Shown here piece after piece: positions 31,989 through 34,437 of a DNA stretch of 34,437 nucleotides. Position numbers and translations under genes: made by a program. The stretch comes from a virus. Within the stretch, counting starts at the first letter, position 1; the number at the start of each line of letters is the position of its first letter. The stretch is from IMG/VR virus record IMGVR_UViG_3300045974_000093, positions 1 through 34,437 of that record. The stretch is one strand, 5' to 3'. The notes beneath the pieces are model-generated. The model was not told where the DNA came from and did no database searches. It was given only the letters and a program-made list of their open reading frames with translations.

Positions 31989-32205
31989 TTTTATAAACCT
32001 TTTTATTTAGCCCCCAATGCGATTTAAAAGGGTGCCATATGCTTTTAGTTTTATTTGTTAATGTCTGAGATATTTTTTTTTGAAAATCTAAATAATCTTG
32101 CTCTGTTTCAAAACGAATAATTAACGTTTTAAAAGGCTCTTTTTTTTCCTGTATAAATTCAGGCATCCCAACCCATTCAGGGTATGCATCAAATAAATCA
32201 TTCAT
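31978..32205 (-). CDS. Small conserved-domain protein (75 aa) coupled to the glycosyltransferase-like gene
   Basis: YPEWVGMPEFIQEKKEPFKTLIIRFETEQDYLDFQKKISQTLTNKTKSIWHP resembles a module I recall at the N-terminus of some phage DNA-modification enzymes. 11-nt overlap with the downstream gene. Confidence 0.5.
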   Translation of the reverse strand: MNDLFDAYPEWVGMPEFIQEKKEPFKTLIIRFETEQDYLDFQKKISQTLTNKTKSIWHPFKSHWGLNKKVYKNES

Positions 32206-32222
32206 TTTTTCTCCTGTTATTT

Positions 32223-32609
32223 TTAACCATTTTCTATGGCTTGTTTTTCTTTAAATTCAACGCCTTGTTGCGCGCCAAAAGCGTAAATCAATTCGATCAA
32301 TTCAGAAAAATCACGCTTTGACATTTTCGATGTTGATTGACCACATACTACAAAACCACCATCTAAGCCTGGCACTACTTTCGTCTTTTTTAGCGATGCA
32401 GTTAAAACATGTTTCCATTCCTCATCGCTTAGCTTTTGACCGTACCATTTAACTTGATACGATATTTGCTTTAGCAATGACCATAAAAGCGCATTCTGCT
32501 CTAAATTACGTGTTGGTTCTTTAATTCGCACGATATAGCCATCTGGCGCGGTATTGATTGCGCCAATAGCTCTTTGTCGTGCTGTTTCGTGTGCTAAGAC
32601 GAAGTACAT
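32223..32609 (-). CDS. ninB: NinB/Orf-family recombination mediator
   Basis: RNLEQNALLWSLLKQISYQVKWYGQKLSDEEWKHVLTASLKKTKVVPGLDGGFVVCGQSTSKMSKRDFSELIELIYAFG parallels lambda NinB (RSLDQNRKLWACLGDVSRQVEWHGRWLDAESWKCVFTAALKQQDVVPNLAGNGFVVIGQSTSRMRVGEFAELLELIQAFG). Start chosen at MYFVLAHE with AAGGTGG 5 nt upstream. Confidence 0.85.
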   Translation of the reverse strand: MYFVLAHETARQRAIGAINTAPDGYIVRIKEPTRNLEQNALLWSLLKQISYQVKWYGQKLSDEEWKHVLTASLKKTKVVPGLDGGFVVCGQSTSKMSKRDFSELIELIYAFGAQQGVEFKEKQAIENG

Positions 32610-32680
32610 AGTTTCCACCTTGGACAGCTTGAAAGTTGATGATCGCCTTTGCATAATGGGCAAACTGTTTTGTAAGTCAT
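32594..32680 (-). CDS. Possible 28-aa Cys-rich micro-ORF
   Basis: GGAGATAACGCC-ATG. Translation: MTYKTVCPLCKGDHQLSSCPRWKLCTSS. ATGA coupling to the upstream ORF, and it overlaps the ninB start by 16 nt. Confidence 0.3.
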   Translation of the reverse strand: MTYKTVCPLCKGDHQLSSCPRWKLCTSS

Positions 32681-32832
32681 GGCGTTATCTCCAGAATTTC
32701 CATTGTACGAAGCCGCTGCAAATTTTCCTGAATTTCTTTCCAATATTTGTCTTCAGGAATTGATTCTTCTTCTCTCGATTCCCAATAATTCAGCTCAATT
32801 AATAATTCTCTTAGTTCACCTAAAGTCATCAT
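32677..32832 (-). CDS. Possible 51-aa acidic small protein
   Basis: GGGGGAT-ATG. Translation: MMTLGELRELLIELNYWESREEESIPEDKYWKEIQENLQRLRTMEILEITP. ATGA overlaps on both sides. Confidence 0.4.
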   Translation of the reverse strand: MMTLGELRELLIELNYWESREEESIPEDKYWKEIQENLQRLRTMEILEITP

Positions 32833-32945
32833 ATCCCCCACTCATCACTATTATCGGTTGGCAAGTCCCACGGCTGACCGCTGTTGTATGAAACTAAGTT
32901 ATACATGGTGTAGCAAACTGCTATAAATAAAATTAACCAAATCAT
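32829..32945 (-). CDS. Possible 38-aa small membrane peptide
   Basis: ATGA overlap with the upstream stop. Translation: MIWLILFIAVCYTMYNLVSYNSGQPWDLPTDNSDEWGI. Confidence 0.35.
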   Translation of the reverse strand: MIWLILFIAVCYTMYNLVSYNSGQPWDLPTDNSDEWGI

Positions 32946-33154
32946 TTTTTATCCTTTTCTAAATGTAAAACGCCATATTTCACGGCTCTTTCTTTTGGCA
33001 TTGTTATTTCCATTTCAGCAGATTGAAAAACCAAAATTAATTCTTCAAACGATTTAATTTTATTTAACTCTATTGTTACCATTTCAGGAATTTTAAAAAC
33101 GTTAGTCTTAGATTGCATTAAATTTGCATCATTATTAATTATAAAATTACTCAT
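32942..33154 (-). CDS. Hypothetical protein (70 aa)
   Basis: Coupled ORF in the leftward early operon. No motif recognised. Confidence 0.5.
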   Translation of the reverse strand: MSNFIINNDANLMQSKTNVFKIPEMVTIELNKIKSFEELILVFQSAEMEITMPKERAVKYGVLHLEKDKK

Positions 33155-33345
33155 TCCACACTCCTCAAATTTTCAAGCCACTCATCAGCATCTTCAACAT
33201 CTGCCCACGCTGCTGCACCTTTTTTTGTCATTTCGGAAAATTCTTTTTGATTCAATGATGAACTATAACAAGCATCATCTAGCTTCTTAGTTACTAGGTG
33301 TGGATAGCCACCTTCACGCAATAGTAGGTTTTCGTAATCATCCAT
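33151..33345 (-). CDS. Hypothetical acidic protein (64 aa)
   Basis: Coupled ORF. C-terminus AAWADVEDADEWLENLRSVE. Confidence 0.5.
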   Translation of the reverse strand: MDDYENLLLREGGYPHLVTKKLDDACYSSSLNQKEFSEMTKKGAAAWADVEDADEWLENLRSVE

Positions 33346-33850
33346 TTTTTTGCATTTCCTCTCTGAATTTTATTAATGTTTCTTTTGCATTATTACAATC
33401 CTCTTCTGTGTAACCGTTTGATTTTGCAGACTCACTTAAAAACGCTTGTGCATATTCTTCTATTTCTTCATCCAACAATGTTTTCCCAATTGCCGACCAT
33501 AAAAAAAAGAATACAAAATTGTCAACGCGATAATCTGTTTTTGCTACTAAAATTACGTCTAACGCCGGATACAAATCAATTTCAACTTTCCGAATTACTT
33601 TTGTTTTTTCCTGCGCCAATTGCTCAAGCAATTCTTTTTCAACTTCTGCAACTTTTTGTACATACTTTAATACTTTTTCAGCTGCGTTTTGAAATTCCAA
33701 TGATGTACTAAAAGACGTTCCAACACGATGACCGCGAATTTTAGTTTGTGAATATTTTTTATCTGCGCAAGATACAAACAATTTGCAAATCTTATAATCA
33801 GAATTTGTAAATAAATAAATATCTTGCAAAAGTTTTTGAATAACGTTCAT
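33338..33850 (-). CDS. Hypothetical protein (170 aa); first gene of the leftward early operon
   Basis: AAAGG RBS. It is the first ORF downstream of the leftward promoter. No motif recognised. Confidence 0.55.
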   Translation of the reverse strand: MNVIQKLLQDIYLFTNSDYKICKLFVSCADKKYSQTKIRGHRVGTSFSTSLEFQNAAEKVLKYVQKVAEVEKELLEQLAQEKTKVIRKVEIDLYPALDVILVAKTDYRVDNFVFFFLWSAIGKTLLDEEIEEYAQAFLSESAKSNGYTEEDCNNAKETLIKFREEMQKNG

Positions 33851-33880
33851 GTTTTACCTTTAAAATTTAAGAACAATTCT

Positions 33881-33908
33881 ATTATATACACTTAACACAA
33901 AAGATCAA
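33881..33908 (-). promoter_or_regulatory. Leftward early promoter TTGATC-16 nt-TATAAT
   Basis: On the minus strand, -35 TTGATC is at 33903-33908 and the consensus -10 TATAAT is at 33881-33886. It lies about 30 nt upstream of the 33850 start codon. Confidence 0.5.
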
Positions 33909-33930
33909 TTAAAAATAATTCAAAATAAAC

Positions 33931-33959
33931 TTGATTTTAAATTTTAACTAGATTAAGAT
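33931..33959 (+). promoter_or_regulatory. Rightward early promoter TTGATT-17 nt-TAAGAT
   Basis: -35 at 33931-33936 and -10 at 33954-33959. GGAG RBS at 33981-33984 and ATG at 33993. Confidence 0.5.
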
Positions 33960-33992
33960 ACTAAACATCAACAAACAAACGGAGAAATAAAA

Positions 33993-34437
33993 ATGTTAAT
34001 AGAAATTAAAAATCGCTTTAATGGCTCAGTATTATTTGCGCACGATGTTGAAAATAATAGTTTGGCTATAACTTTTAAAATGGCAATTAAAGCTCGTGCT
34101 GACTTGTCCCGTGCTAACTTGTACGGTGCTGACTTGTCCGGCGCTAACTTGTACGGTGCTGACTTGTACGGTGCTAACTTGTACGGTGCTAACTTGTGCG
34201 GTGCTGACTTGTCCCGTGCTGACTTGTCCGGCGCTGACTTGTCCCGTGCTAACTTGTACGGTGCTGACTTGTCCGGCGCTAACTTGTACGGTGCTGACTT
34301 GTACGGTGCTAACTTGTACGGTGCTAACTTGTGCGGTGCTGACTTGTCCCGTGCTGACTTGTCCGGCGCTGACTTGTCCCGTGCTAACTTGTACGGTGCT
34401 GACTTGTCCGGCGCTAACTTGTACGGTGCTGACTTGT
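33993..34437 (+). CDS. Pentapeptide-repeat protein, 5' part (runs off the window end and continues at base 128 after removal of the 127-bp overlap)
   Basis: GGAGAAATAAAA-ATG. N-terminus MLIEIKNRFNGSVLFAHDVENNSLAITFKMAIKARADLSRANLYGADLSGANL..., with no stop before the window end. The joined ORF is 266 aa plus a stop. Confidence 0.85.
   Translation, partial: MLIEIKNRFNGSVLFAHDVENNSLAITFKMAIKARADLSRANLYGADLSGANLYGADLYGANLYGANLCGADLSRADLSGADLSRANLYGADLSGANLYGADLYGANLYGANLCGADLSRADLSGADLSRANLYGADLSGANLYGADL
34176..34437. repeat. Perfect 135-bp tandem duplication (second copy truncated by the window end) within the 15-nt-periodic repeat array
   Basis: 34176-34302 is identical to 34311-34437 (and to 1-127). 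The unit is 135 bp, i.e. 9 pentapeptides, so it is in frame. The copies diverge only after GACTTGT (A in copy 1 at 34303, C at base 128). Confidence 0.9.
34311..34437. repeat. 127-bp terminal direct repeat with bases 1-127 (contig self-overlap)
   Basis: Base-by-base identity of 34311-34437 with 1-127. Confidence 0.95.

Noticed and set aside
34092-34437. Regular short repeats that could be mistaken for a CRISPR array or a microsatellite
   Set aside because: The period is 15 nt with no unique spacers. The repeats are in frame inside an ORF with an RBS and encode A(D/N)LxG pentapeptides, so this is coding repeats, not CRISPR.
1-34437. Search for integrase, transposase, reverse transcriptase (DGR/retron), CRISPR-Cas or toxin-antitoxin hallmarks
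   Set aside because: No catalytic motifs were recognised in any frame: no R..H..R..Y integrase, DDE or YxDD. The RHH plus 49-aa ORF pair has TA-like geometry but no toxin motif, so it is reported only as a low-confidence observation.

Overview
The window is essentially one complete dsDNA phage genome, podovirus-like. A Gram-negative host is inferred from a lipobox o-spanin embedded in an i-spanin and a P21-type endolysin. Bases 1-127 are identical to 34311-34437, so the contig closes on itself (unique length about 34,310 bp) and a pentapeptide-repeat gene runs across the junction.

Organisation:
- Two divergent near-consensus sigma70 promoters sit at 33881-33959.
- The rightward early operon runs 33993 -> wrap -> 5943. 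It holds the pentapeptide-repeat protein, small unknowns, an Erf / Gp157-like / SSB recombination module, a 610-bp ORF-free promoter-driven segment, a DUF551-type protein and more small unknowns.
- The leftward early/middle operon runs 33850 -> 26758. It holds a chain of translationally coupled small and micro ORFs, NinB, a small domain protein plus a putative glycosyltransferase, and NinG/Rap. It also holds an inserted module (RHH regulator diverging from a plus-strand Gly/Gln/Asn-rich protein) and lambda O/P-like replication genes with phased iterons inside the O-like gene.
- A candidate promoter followed within about 25-50 nt by a strong terminator sits just upstream of the leftward late operon (26623 -> 5945). 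That operon encodes TerS, TerL, portal, scaffold and major capsid. It continues with T7-order tail and ejection genes (with an embedded GNAT), a beta-helix tailspike and a lysis cassette.

I recognised no integrase, CI-type repressor, DNA or RNA polymerase, tRNA, rRNA, CRISPR array or transposase.

Most worth a second look:
- the ORF-free, promoter-driven, helix-rich segment at 3152-3761 (candidate large structured RNA)
- the perfect 135-bp in-frame tandem duplication in the pentapeptide-repeat gene
- the RHH / Gly-Gln-rich insert (29068-30404)
- the three-way-junction hairpin plus U7 in front of the replication genes
- the glycosyltransferase-like pair (31122-32205)
- the 10-bp-phased iterons

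All family assignments come from reading motifs by eye. No database search was run.
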